In this document: positions 9,845 through 19,331 of the stretch, piece after piece
Layout: every line of letters begins with the position of its first letter
Numbering within the stretch: position 1 is the first letter of the stretch
Assembly: GCA_965226795.1 (NCBI GenBank)
Contig: CBDDDZ010000003.1
Location: 32,001 to 96,000, forward strand
Direction: 5' to 3'
DNA length: 64,000 nucleotides
DNA from: Candidatus Latescibacterota bacterium
GTDB taxonomy: Bacteria > Latescibacterota > UBA2968 > GCA-2709665
Made by a program: the position numbers and the translations under genes
The notes under the pieces: model-generated
What the model was told of the DNA's origin: nothing
The model's input: the letters and a program-made list of their open reading frames with translations, nothing else
The model's database searches: none

Positions 9845-10609
9845 ATGAATCGGGCGGAATGGGGCGAGGGCCACCGTTATCTGGCTGCCAGGAGGAGAAA
9901 GGGCCCGGACTGGATTGGCAAGTTCCGCGACGGCGGGACGACATTCACTGAGAGGGAAGTGGAACTTCTCGGCGACGTCTCCGGACTGGATGTGTTGCAA
10001 CTGAGCTGCGGAGGCGACGCGAGTCAGGCGTTTTCTTTCGCAAACCTGGGCGCCAGCGTAACGGCCTGTGATTTCAGCCCGGTCGCCATCGAGGAGGCGA
10101 AACAAAACGCGGCCAGGGTTGGTCTGGCCGTGCGGTTCGTCCTTGCCGACGCTCAACGTCTCTCGACGATAGGAGACGGTGCGTTCGACCTTGTACATGC
10201 AGATGGCAACCTGTGGTACTACGAAGACCTTCCCACGGCATGCCGAAACTGGTATCGAGTTCTACGGGCAAACGGCCGATTGTTCCTGCATGAGAACCAC
10301 CCACTCACGCTGTGGTGCCTGGAAGCGGATGAGACCGACGGCAGCCTGAGAGTCGTTCGGAGCTACGGCGACAGGAGGCCGGAATATTCACCGTTTCAAA
10401 TTGACGATTTCGTCTCGAAGGAATCCGACGAAGTGGAGTTTCCCCACACGTTGGCGGACATTTTGAATGCCGTCGTGCAAACCGGCTTCGTCCTGGAGCA
10501 AATGGTGGAATGCAATCTGAGCCAGGCCGGTTTTCCGATAGAGGGACTGGGTCGGTGCGCGGAGAAGCTGCCTCACGACTTCTACGTGCTGGCTCGGAAG
10601 GTTCGCTGA
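9845..10609 (+). CDS. Class I SAM-dependent methyltransferase
   Basis: LGDVSGLDVLQLSCGG, TACDFS, FDLV, RVLRANGRLFLHENHP; the N-terminus may be clipped by the IS. Confidence 0.88.
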   Translation: MNRAEWGEGHRYLAARRRKGPDWIGKFRDGGTTFTEREVELLGDVSGLDVLQLSCGGDASQAFSFANLGASVTACDFSPVAIEEAKQNAARVGLAVRFVLADAQRLSTIGDGAFDLVHADGNLWYYEDLPTACRNWYRVLRANGRLFLHENHPLTLWCLEADETDGSLRVVRSYGDRRPEYSPFQIDDFVSKESDEVEFPHTLADILNAVVQTGFVLEQMVECNLSQAGFPIEGLGRCAEKLPHDFYVLARKVR

Positions 10610-10680
10610 AGCAACGCCACGGCTCCCACCCTGTCAATCCCGGCGCATGACGCCGTCACCGTGGCGCCCTCCCTCGTTCC

Positions 10681-12549
10681 TTATTCGCATACCCCGTAGC
10701 TGTAGACGTGGGATCCGCTCCCGAAGTAGATGCGTCCGTTCAACCAGTCCCCGCCGAAACCGATGGGTACGGGAGACGCAGCCAGCATGGCGAGGCTGTG
10801 GTCATTCGGGTTTACGCGGACGATCCCTTTGACGAACAGCATGTAGACATCGCCATCCGGGCCGGAGACGAAGACACGCGGGCCCTGCTGCATCGCGGTA
10901 AGCCCGAAACGGTGGACGGTCGTTTCGCTGCGCAGGATTTCCCTGGTATCGGGATCGAAGGCGAAAAAACGTTCCCCGTCGGCAACGCCGTAGACCAGGC
11001 CGTCCGGACCCGGACAGAGATCCGTGTACGATTGCACACCGGGGAATGCGACTTCGCGCCACAGGATCCGTCGGGTGTCCGGATCCATCACGAAGAGTTC
11101 GGCTTCTTCCGCCTTCCGCTCGCCGCCCGTGCCGGGATTGGTGGTGGACCCGCCCAGGAGGTTGCCGTCCGGAAGGGCGATCAGGCTCATCGTGCTGTGA
11201 TCGGGGAGAATATCGGTGTGCTCGAGCAGTACGTACGAGCCGGTTTCCCGATCCCAGAATAGCATCCCGCCGCCCGTGTGACCGTAATCCGGTGTGCCCG
11301 CCAGGATGACGGTCTTGCCGTCCGGGTGGGCGAGCAATGTATGCGGGCGGTTGATGGCGGGTTTGCATTCGGTCAGGAAACGTGGGTTGGAACCGGGATT
11401 GTCTTTTTTGGTAGGGACCCAGGGTCTGGCGGGGTCCCATTCCAGCAGAAAACCGCCGGTGTATCCGCCGGCGAAAAAACGGTCCGTCTGCCGGGCAACG
11501 GTGTTCCACTGCCCATGGTTGGGGCGATTCGTCCAACTGTCGGCTTCAGGATCGTAGCTGAAGAAGCGCGCGGGAAAGGTGGTGCCCCCGCAGATGGTGT
11601 TGTCCGGAGCCGCGGCAAGGCCCATCACGTGGGCGCCTTCGGTCGTGTATTCGAAGTCAACTTCCCGGATTTCTCCGGATACGGGATTCTCTACGGACAG
11701 GGTGCGGTTGGCCAGGTCGCACGTCAGGACGCGTTTGCCATCGGGGAAATCCCGGTGGAAAAGGCCTTGGCTGCCCGTGACGATCGGTTTTTCGTTCTGT
11801 GCTTCCAGCGACCCGACAGGTTTACGCGTACCCTTGTAGAGTTCAAGCCAGTTATGGGAATTGTCGCCGGCATGTCCGTATACCTTCCCGTTGAGGTCGC
11901 GGTAGACGTGGCTGCTACCCTGGACGCGTTCGCTTTCGGATAGCATGGGTTCCGCAGTGCCGGAATCCGGTTCCAGGCAGATGATCTGGCTGGCGGTGCT
12001 TCCGATACCGAAGTAGATCCATCCGGCCTCGTCGGCGGCAACCGAACGCGGGTATTGCCGCCAGTTCTGTTTGTAGACGTGACCGTAATCCCTGAACGCG
12101 CGGGTTCGGGGATCGTAAGACAGAACGCCGCTATCCGGATGGGTGGCCGCCCAGATTAGGCCGCTGTCGTCTTCCGTCATACCCATGGCCATCTGCGGTA
12201 CGGTTTCGTGGCAGAACGTAAACGCCCGCTCGCCGGGATCGAAGGCCAGGAAGTGGCTGTGAAAGTGGGTACAGAAGAGGTTGCCGCTGGAGAGAAGGGA
12301 CGAAAAGGGGCACGCATTGAAGTCATCGCCCGGAGGAAAAAGCAGGGGGTACTGTTCGCTGGCGCCGGTCTCCGCGTCGATCAGCAGGAGGGCGTAACAG
12401 CCCCGACGATCGTACAACCAGAGCAGCACCACGTTTCGGCCTTGTCCGTCCACGGTGGCGACAAGCCCCCGGCTGTTGCCGATGTCAGTCGCGACGCCGT
12501 GGTGCCGGAAACCGTTGCCCAGATCCTGTGACACTTGCATTGGCGGCAT
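10681..12549 (-). CDS. Large beta-propeller hypothetical protein
   Basis: Repeated D/N-G-x-I-Y-x-G and F-x-Y-D-P blade motifs; GAGGAG RBS before ATG 12549. Confidence 0.75.
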   Translation of the reverse strand: MPPMQVSQDLGNGFRHHGVATDIGNSRGLVATVDGQGRNVVLLWLYDRRGCYALLLIDAETGASEQYPLLFPPGDDFNACPFSSLLSSGNLFCTHFHSHFLAFDPGERAFTFCHETVPQMAMGMTEDDSGLIWAATHPDSGVLSYDPRTRAFRDYGHVYKQNWRQYPRSVAADEAGWIYFGIGSTASQIICLEPDSGTAEPMLSESERVQGSSHVYRDLNGKVYGHAGDNSHNWLELYKGTRKPVGSLEAQNEKPIVTGSQGLFHRDFPDGKRVLTCDLANRTLSVENPVSGEIREVDFEYTTEGAHVMGLAAAPDNTICGGTTFPARFFSYDPEADSWTNRPNHGQWNTVARQTDRFFAGGYTGGFLLEWDPARPWVPTKKDNPGSNPRFLTECKPAINRPHTLLAHPDGKTVILAGTPDYGHTGGGMLFWDRETGSYVLLEHTDILPDHSTMSLIALPDGNLLGGSTTNPGTGGERKAEEAELFVMDPDTRRILWREVAFPGVQSYTDLCPGPDGLVYGVADGERFFAFDPDTREILRSETTVHRFGLTAMQQGPRVFVSGPDGDVYMLFVKGIVRVNPNDHSLAMLAASPVPIGFGGDWLNGRIYFGSGSHVYSYGVCE

Positions 12550-12595
12550 CTCCTCTTTAGCAGTCCGTTGAAAAAGTTGCTCTGCAGGCGAGGCT

Positions 12596-13951
12596 TCAGC
12601 CCGCGTCCGAAAGTCGTCCTTCCATCTCCTTGCGAAGGCGGAAAACGTCGCTGTCTTCGTCGAGTTCCACGTCGGATCGAAGGATCGGCTGGCCCGCAGT
12701 AATTCCACGTTTCAGCCTGAGTGTGTGCGCCAGGCCAATGGGCAGAATATCGCCCTTCACCGCGCCGGCCGCTGGCATGAGTTTGCCGTAAACACGATAT
12801 CCGCCCTCGCCGTCCAAGATTTCTCCCTCGTCAAGATCGCGTTTCGCGGTGGCAACGACGTCTCCGACAAACGCACGGGGGCAGCCGGTCGCTTCGCCGC
12901 GCACCCCCGCGCGCATCACGCTGGTGGCAAGTTCCATGCCGACCAGATGGTAGGGACGGTAGATGGCCGTATAACGTCCGGAGGCATCCGTCGGCAGGCC
13001 GTATTCGGCGAAACAGCGCCGGATATAGTTGCCCGACCCTTCGATGGTGACGTACACGCCCCAGCGAAGGTGCGGGTCGACCGGCGTTCCGTCCGGTTGC
13101 ACGCAGGAGACGACCTCGACCGTTCCCTTGTGCGAGAGTCGACCGCCCGCGCTCCGGGGCCGGCAGACCTCCGGCAGGCGGTCGATTTCGCATGGCGGGA
13201 AGTTCAGACCCTCCGGCTGCGGTTCCAGCCCGGTGGCATTTGAGACAGCGGCCATTTCGATGGCCGATTTCGTTCCGTCCAGGAAGGAATTGAACATCCT
13301 GGGGTTCATCCCGCCGCGAGCCGCGGTTTCCGCGTCAATCCCGTAGTGGTCCCAGACGGTATCGGGCGTCGATGCATGGTAGGCCGGCCGATGTTTCGTG
13401 CCTTTACCGGCGCAGACGACGTCGAATCCGTTGGTCCTCGCCCATTCGACGAGTTCACAAATCAAAGCAGGCTGGTCGCCATAGGCAAGCGAGTAGACGA
13501 GGCCGGCGGATTCCGCCCGTTGCGCCAGTACGGGGCCGGCGAGGACGTCCGCTTCGACGTTGACCATGACCAGATGGCGGCCTTCGTCGATGGCTTTAAG
13601 GGCGTAGTGGATGCCCGCGAGTGGATTGCCGGTGGCTTCGACCACCACGTCGAGTCCATCCGCGCAAACCAAGGCATCGCCGTCGTCGGTAAGGTGGGTG
13701 GCCCCGGTCTTAAGGGCATTGTGGAAGTCCGTTGCGGCGAATTGGCTGGGCGGCCACTCCGCGCGCCCGAGGGCTTCGCGCGCCCGGTCAATGGAGACAT
13801 CGGCCACACCCAGGACATGCAGATCCGGAATGCGCCGGGCCTGGGCCAGGAACATCGTGCCGAATTTTCCGGCGCCGATGAGACCCACCCGAACGGGATT
13901 CCCGGATTCGGCGCGCGCCGATTTCTTTCGCGGGCTACGAGCGTTATGCAT
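12596..13951 (-). CDS. NAD(P)-dependent oxidoreductase, homoserine-dehydrogenase-like, with C-terminal SAF domain
   Basis: VRVGLIGAGKFG, VMVNVEAD, GDQP, FLDGTKSAIEM, AKRDLDEGEILDGEGG. Confidence 0.9.
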   Translation of the reverse strand: MHNARSPRKKSARAESGNPVRVGLIGAGKFGTMFLAQARRIPDLHVLGVADVSIDRAREALGRAEWPPSQFAATDFHNALKTGATHLTDDGDALVCADGLDVVVEATGNPLAGIHYALKAIDEGRHLVMVNVEADVLAGPVLAQRAESAGLVYSLAYGDQPALICELVEWARTNGFDVVCAGKGTKHRPAYHASTPDTVWDHYGIDAETAARGGMNPRMFNSFLDGTKSAIEMAAVSNATGLEPQPEGLNFPPCEIDRLPEVCRPRSAGGRLSHKGTVEVVSCVQPDGTPVDPHLRWGVYVTIEGSGNYIRRCFAEYGLPTDASGRYTAIYRPYHLVGMELATSVMRAGVRGEATGCPRAFVGDVVATAKRDLDEGEILDGEGGYRVYGKLMPAAGAVKGDILPIGLAHTLRLKRGITAGQPILRSDVELDEDSDVFRLRKEMEGRLSDAG

Positions 13952-14050
13952 ACCGCACCTTGAAATGCGAAAAGCCTTGGGTGCCGCGGAGAAATACAAT
14001 GGACCAGGTCCCGGATCGAATTCCAGGTTCATCCGAGACCGGATATGCCA

Positions 14051-14896
14051 CTAACGACCGTCTTCGAAGCAGGCGCCCATGTCCTCCAGGAACTGTCCGG
14101 ACTCTACCCTGCGATACCGTTCCACGTGACAATGGCCGGTTCGAGAGTCTTCCACCAGGTCCGCAGCCGAGGAATGCCCCGCCGACAACCCTTCAAGTTG
14201 GGACAGCCTGTAACGGCTTGTCTGTACAACCTCGTTCACGTTCGATCTGGCGCGGATTTCGACATCGGGTTCCGCGGATCTGTAGTAATGCACGGATTTC
14301 AGGTACGTCCGCATCATCTTGAACGCGTAATCCGGAAGACGCGACTCGCGCCCGCCGGGAACGAAGGACTCGGGCCAGAGGAGTCGATTGATCTGGAGAT
14401 CGAACGCCTTCTTCAGCGCGCCTGAAACGCTGCCGTCAGACGGAACCCACTTCGAGTCGGGCCAGACGTCCAGGTTGCCCCACGGCCATCCCAGACGTTC
14501 CTTATCCAGTGTAAGGCGACCGCTGCCGGTATTGACGCCTTTTTCCGAAACGTCGAGAATGGCGAAGTGCTGCGGATAAATGAAGAAGTCATCCCCCCGT
14601 GCCCGCCAGGCATCGTAAAAGGCCGTGGTTAGCGCCAGAATCGCGTACGAGGCGTGGAGGATGCCGTCTTCGAGGCAGGGCGAGACGATTCCCGTACGAT
14701 CTGACTCAACGTAATCGGGACAGAATTCCTTGAAGGGGACGGACGTAAGGCCGTTCCCCCCACACTTCCAATATTCGAAATCCCGTGCGGCAAGGACTCT
14801 GCTGGTATGCATATCGGGTAACCTCGCGAACAGCGATAAACCGGCACTGCGTTGGGGCGAGTCTTCCACGGGCGGCGTGGATTCGGGAATCCTCAA
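14051..14896 (-). CDS. Hypothetical protein
   Basis: 281-aa protein-like ORF overlapping the upstream stop codon; no family recognised. Confidence 0.7.
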   Translation of the reverse strand: MRIPESTPPVEDSPQRSAGLSLFARLPDMHTSRVLAARDFEYWKCGGNGLTSVPFKEFCPDYVESDRTGIVSPCLEDGILHASYAILALTTAFYDAWRARGDDFFIYPQHFAILDVSEKGVNTGSGRLTLDKERLGWPWGNLDVWPDSKWVPSDGSVSGALKKAFDLQINRLLWPESFVPGGRESRLPDYAFKMMRTYLKSVHYYRSAEPDVEIRARSNVNEVVQTSRYRLSQLEGLSAGHSSAADLVEDSRTGHCHVERYRRVESGQFLEDMGACFEDGR

Positions 14897-15612
14897 TTCG
14901 TCTCGCCGGAGGAAACAGCGTCGTTTTGAGGGACGTCACGTGCGTCCCGGATATGACCCCTCCGCACCGCCGACCTCATGGATCGATACATCGCGTAGAC
15001 GGAAATCAGGGCCCAGACCAGAGCAATCGGATAAGCCAGAAGCGGCGTGTCCCAATGCCGGGCGAGGATGCCCGCATCGGTGCGTTCGGTATACATCCAG
15101 AGATCGGTGCGGAAGTCGTAGAGGCTGTAAAGGCACAACATCACGCCGAGCCACGTGGCCACCCAACGCGCGACGCCTGGCAGCAGGACGGCCGGGATCA
15201 GAAGAAGGAGACCGCTCGCGATACCGAACATGAAATCGATGCTGGCCAGGGGTGTGTAGAGTACGGTCATACCGATGGCGAGGCCGCCGATCCCGGCAAG
15301 TAGAATGCGCTGCAGCAGCGGCCAGGAACTGACGAAAATGAAAAAGGCGCCCAGGAAAGCGGAACCGACGTAGCCGGCAGAGGCGATGACCGGAAAAATG
15401 CCGCCCCGGCTCTGCGCGTGGCCGGATTCGTCCCAGTTGACGCGGATTTCAAGGACTTCGCCCCCGGTTGCGAGGGCGGCGCCCGCGTGGCACATTTCGT
15501 GTACCAGGACCACGAAGACCCTGAAGGGTTTGATGAAGGGCGTGTCCCAGAACGCCAGCGCGACGATGGCGCAGACGATCGCGGGCCAGAAACGTTTGAG
15601 GGCTGCCAGCAT
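14893..15612 (-). CDS. M50B-family membrane metallopeptidase
   Basis: VHEMCHA (HExxH), ASAGYVG, TDA.ILA, multiple TM segments. Confidence 0.88.
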   Translation of the reverse strand: MLAALKRFWPAIVCAIVALAFWDTPFIKPFRVFVVLVHEMCHAGAALATGGEVLEIRVNWDESGHAQSRGGIFPVIASAGYVGSAFLGAFFIFVSSWPLLQRILLAGIGGLAIGMTVLYTPLASIDFMFGIASGLLLLIPAVLLPGVARWVATWLGVMLCLYSLYDFRTDLWMYTERTDAGILARHWDTPLLAYPIALVWALISVYAMYRSMRSAVRRGHIRDARDVPQNDAVSSGETN

Positions 15613-15614
15613 TT

Positions 15615-16337
15615 CTATTCCTGGTACCTGTTTACAATCCTGAGGTCGGTTTTTCCCGACTCCGCGTGGATGAACTTGACAAGCAGGGAGACTCTGTTTG
15701 CTTCGTTAAGCACGTTCCAGTAGAAGTTGCACGTCATTTCAATCCTGTCATGCAGTTCGACGGCATACGGTTCGCCGGAAAACGCAGGCGGCGGATTTCC
15801 GTCGTCTCGGTACGTGGTAATGCAGTGGCCGATTCCTGGTATCGCCGTCTCGTAGCTGAAGTAATGTCTGGCAGCGATATCGCCGCCTCGGTCCAGGGCT
15901 TTGAGAATCGCGAGCTTGTAGTCGGCGCACGGGTCCTCCAGGTTGACAATGCCCGCGATACGTGGCGTAAGGATGGGGGGATCGGGTTCGAAGGATCGGG
16001 TATTCAGGGCGGATTCGAAGGTGCCGCCGCTGCGAAGCGCGTCGTAGATGGTATCCGTCTGGTCACCGTTGGACACGATGTGACAGGCGTTGGCGACTCT
16101 GATGGGACAATAGACAACCAGAGCGGGATTCTCCAGCGCGGATTCGTCGAAGGCCCGGGTTCTGACAACATCGTTTTCGGCGACAAACATCCGGTTTCGG
16201 CTTCCAGGGCTTCTGCCCATGATCCAGTAGACCTGGACGAGGTGTCCGGCATCCGGAGTCTGGCCGATGATGATCCCGCGTCCCGGATATACGGAATCTC
16301 TGAGCGCGTCCAGGTTGGTTTCAACGGCTCGGCCCAA
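15615..16337 (-). CDS. purO: IMP cyclohydrolase-like (PurO-type) protein
   Basis: YPGRGIIIG, YWIMGRS..SRNR, IVSNGDQTD, FEPD.P..TPRI, N.ANRVSL; start codon uncertain (TTG 16337). Confidence 0.8.
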   Translation of the reverse strand: MGRAVETNLDALRDSVYPGRGIIIGQTPDAGHLVQVYWIMGRSPGSRNRMFVAENDVVRTRAFDESALENPALVVYCPIRVANACHIVSNGDQTDTIYDALRSGGTFESALNTRSFEPDPPILTPRIAGIVNLEDPCADYKLAILKALDRGGDIAARHYFSYETAIPGIGHCITTYRDDGNPPPAFSGEPYAVELHDRIEMTCNFYWNVLNEANRVSLLVKFIHAESGKTDLRIVNRYQE

Positions 16338-16372
16338 TTCGCGGCTCTCCTTATTTTCCTTCCCGGCACGAA

Positions 16373-17242
16373 CTATGCGGCAAGGGTGTCGTAGACCGCT
16401 CTTGCAAGTGCGGCCAGGCTGAGGTCGACGACCATTCGGTCCGGGCATTTCAACTCCCTGGCCATTATGGCAACCGTATATGGACCGGTCGGCGAATAGA
16501 CGATGCCCACGTCGGCACGCACACCGAAATAAAAACCCGTCTTGTGCGCCACACGCGTTCCAACAGGCAGCGCATGGGGAATAACGGTTCTGAGTTGCTG
16601 CCGTTCGAGAATGTGCAGGGCGTCTTCCCGGGATGCGGGTGAAAGGATATTGCCGGAATAGAGCATTTCAAGCAATTTGCACATATCGCCGGGGGAGGAA
16701 ACGTCGGAACGCGCGATGTCGTACCCCGAGCCATCCGGTACGCATTCCTGGTTGAACAGCCGTTTCGCGCACAGGTCATAGGTATGGTCGGGATTGTTAG
16801 GATCAAGACCGACGACGACGAAGAGCAGTTGCCTGCAGGTCATCGGGATACGGGTTTTGGACAGGCCGAGTTGCTGAATCGTTTGGTTGAGATTGTATCC
16901 TCCCACAAGGTTGTACAGGCAATCCGTTGCGGTGTTGTCGCTGATGATAATCATCAGCATGGCCAGATCGCGAACGGTGGGGTTCAGACCCTCTGCCATT
17001 TCCTTCAGAATACCCGAGCCGGGAACACGAAGATCCCTGGTGATCTCGATGTGCTGGTCCAGGTCGATATCGCCCCGGTCCACCTGCCGATAAAGTTCGA
17101 CCAAAAGGGGAACTTTCAGCGTGCTGGCCGTGAAGAACACGTGGTCGGCATTGTGTTCAATGCGCCGGCCGGTTTCCAGGTGTCTGGCCGACACACCCAC
17201 GGTCCCCTCGATCCTCGAGATGGCGGTTTCGATAGATGTCAT
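16373..17242 (-). CDS. Class A beta-lactamase-like serine hydrolase
   Basis: ASTLK (SxxK), SDN, HKTG; no signal peptide. Confidence 0.88.
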   Translation of the reverse strand: MTSIETAISRIEGTVGVSARHLETGRRIEHNADHVFFTASTLKVPLLVELYRQVDRGDIDLDQHIEITRDLRVPGSGILKEMAEGLNPTVRDLAMLMIIISDNTATDCLYNLVGGYNLNQTIQQLGLSKTRIPMTCRQLLFVVVGLDPNNPDHTYDLCAKRLFNQECVPDGSGYDIARSDVSSPGDMCKLLEMLYSGNILSPASREDALHILERQQLRTVIPHALPVGTRVAHKTGFYFGVRADVGIVYSPTGPYTVAIMARELKCPDRMVVDLSLAALARAVYDTLAA

Positions 17243-17362
17243 TTCAAATTATCCAAGGTTTGCGCTTCGGTTTTTGCCTTGTCTCCCGTCTTACCTCTCG
17301 CGGCCTTTTTTTCCCTTTCTAACGTCTTCCGTCTCGCCTCTCCCGTCTTGCGTCTACCCGGT

Positions 17363-19276
17363 TTATGGTATCGCCATTGAGAGTACTTTTTGCTTCAATG
17401 CGCCGTAGCGACGGGTCTCATACGCCGGCAACTGGCTTTCGCGCAGGTCAAACCCGAACGCGCGTTTGCTGAGTACAATGATCGGCGGCGCCTGGACACG
17501 CTTGAAATAGTTGACCCGCACCTGCTGCTCGATCCACTCCAGGTCTTCAATCCAGCTGTTCACGTCCGGGAACCAGGCCTGGAATTGCTCCCGGTCATTC
17601 CACCCGATCTCGTCCAGCAGGATTCCATCCAGGAACCACTGCAGAAAATCGACGGGGTGTTTCCGATACTCGATGATCTGGCGAAGTATGGCATCGTGGT
17701 ACCCGTATTTGATCGGATCCCCCAGACCCCGGGTCACGTCCTGGGCTTCCGACAATTCCGCACTGGGCACCGTCTCCCCGCTAATCAGGTTTTCCGGAAT
17801 GACCTCGCTTCCAAACACGTGCGCGTTCAGGAACCGCGCCAGTTGCAGGACCTGTACCTTATACAGGTCTGCAATAGGGGCTACGGCGCCGTTCACGTCG
17901 CCATAAAGCGTGGCGTATCCCAGCGCCGTCTCGGTCTTGTTGCCGTTGTTCGTAAAGACCAGCCCGAACTTCGCGGCCAATGCGGCGAGAATATCCGCCC
18001 CACGAATGCGCGCCTGGAGGTTCTCGTCGACGAGACGGGTATAGTCGCCCGGCGACCTGGAGAAGCTTACGCCCCTGATCTTCTCGGACAGGTTCTCGTA
18101 CAGATCCTGGATCGGGCAACTCAGGTAGTCCACCTCGAGCATCCGGCAGACCTGCCTCGCGTTCTTCTGCGTGACGGACGAGTTGAACCGGGTTGGCATA
18201 TTCACCGCGTACACGCGCTCGGGTCCGAAGGCCTGGGCGAGCATGCAAGTCACCACGCTCGAATCGATCCCTCCACTGGCGCCCACCAGGAATTGGTTCT
18301 CTTTCTCCCGGATATCGTCGAGGTGCCGCAGTCCGGTCAGTATGGCGTCGTAGATCGCGGCGACCTCGTCCTGAGAAGAAGCGGGCGGGTCTCCGCCCTG
18401 GCTCGATATAATCTGCTGCCGCCATGGCTGCGCGCGCCTCAGAATCTCTCCCGACGCGGAATACACCGTCGAATCGCCGTCGAAAACGATGATATTCTTG
18501 CCGTTGTTCTGCGCCCCGACCTGATTGACGTAAAAAACAGGAATGGGAGAACGGCGCAGAATCTCCCTGACAACCCGGTTGCGCTTCAGATTCTTCTGCC
18601 ACGTCCAGGGAGAAGACGACAGATTGAACAGCGCCTGCGCCCCGCGGTCGTAGAACACGCGCAGCGTATCCAGCGTATCTTCTCCGTAGCCGTAGTCCTG
18701 GCACCATATATCTTCACAGAGTTGCACGCCGAACGGAAACGTCCGGCCGTCCCTCAAGCGGACCTCAAAGGGCCTGATCCAGTCGTAAACCGATCTCCCG
18801 CAAGCATCGGCGAGTTTCCGGAGCGAGTAGAAGTGGCGGTCGTCGTCGAAGAACCGGTAGTTCGGATGCAGCGTCTTGGGATGCACCCCGGCGGGCAACC
18901 CGGAAGGGACCTCGTTGCGCGTCACATAGCGGCCGTCGGCGCAGACATGGACGGCGTTGTACTTTCGTATCCGGCCGTCCTCCCCAATGTTCGCCCGATC
19001 CACCGCCACGTTCCCGAAGAGTACGATAATGTCCTGACTCGCTTCCCGGATCGTTTCGCTGTATGCCGCGAAATCCTCAACGAGCGCGTCCACCTCCCAC
19101 AGGTCGCCCAGGATATAGCCGGAAATGCAGAGTTCCGAAAAAACGATCAGTTCCGCGCCTTCTGCCCTCCCTTTGTCGATGTAATACAGCATCCGATCCA
19201 CGTTCAGATCCGGGCGTGCCGCCTTCACATCCATCTGGACCAGAGCGATTTCGGGCAACGCGTCAACGCCAGTCAT
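17363..19276 (-). CDS. nadE: Glutamine-dependent NAD+ synthetase
   Basis: Nitrilase domain (FSEL, K, CEDIW) plus SGGIDS, ENLQARIRG, NKTETALGYATLYGD, PSAEL. Confidence 0.95.
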   Translation of the reverse strand: MTGVDALPEIALVQMDVKAARPDLNVDRMLYYIDKGRAEGAELIVFSELCISGYILGDLWEVDALVEDFAAYSETIREASQDIIVLFGNVAVDRANIGEDGRIRKYNAVHVCADGRYVTRNEVPSGLPAGVHPKTLHPNYRFFDDDRHFYSLRKLADACGRSVYDWIRPFEVRLRDGRTFPFGVQLCEDIWCQDYGYGEDTLDTLRVFYDRGAQALFNLSSSPWTWQKNLKRNRVVREILRRSPIPVFYVNQVGAQNNGKNIIVFDGDSTVYSASGEILRRAQPWRQQIISSQGGDPPASSQDEVAAIYDAILTGLRHLDDIREKENQFLVGASGGIDSSVVTCMLAQAFGPERVYAVNMPTRFNSSVTQKNARQVCRMLEVDYLSCPIQDLYENLSEKIRGVSFSRSPGDYTRLVDENLQARIRGADILAALAAKFGLVFTNNGNKTETALGYATLYGDVNGAVAPIADLYKVQVLQLARFLNAHVFGSEVIPENLISGETVPSAELSEAQDVTRGLGDPIKYGYHDAILRQIIEYRKHPVDFLQWFLDGILLDEIGWNDREQFQAWFPDVNSWIEDLEWIEQQVRVNYFKRVQAPPIIVLSKRAFGFDLRESQLPAYETRRYGALKQKVLSMAIP

Positions 19277-19331
19277 ATCTGCCGAGCCAAAGATGAAGGT
19301 TTGGTTTGACCTTCCCAACCCAACGCATTAC

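Noticed and set aside
16373..17242. Antibiotic-resistance beta-lactamase
   Set aside because: No signal peptide and no clear omega-loop ExxLN motif; generic serine hydrolase
17390..19309. 639-aa plus-strand ORF (likewise 52848-55148, 31245-32609, 8189-9184)
   Set aside because: Antisense shadows of well-supported genes, expected in high-GC DNA
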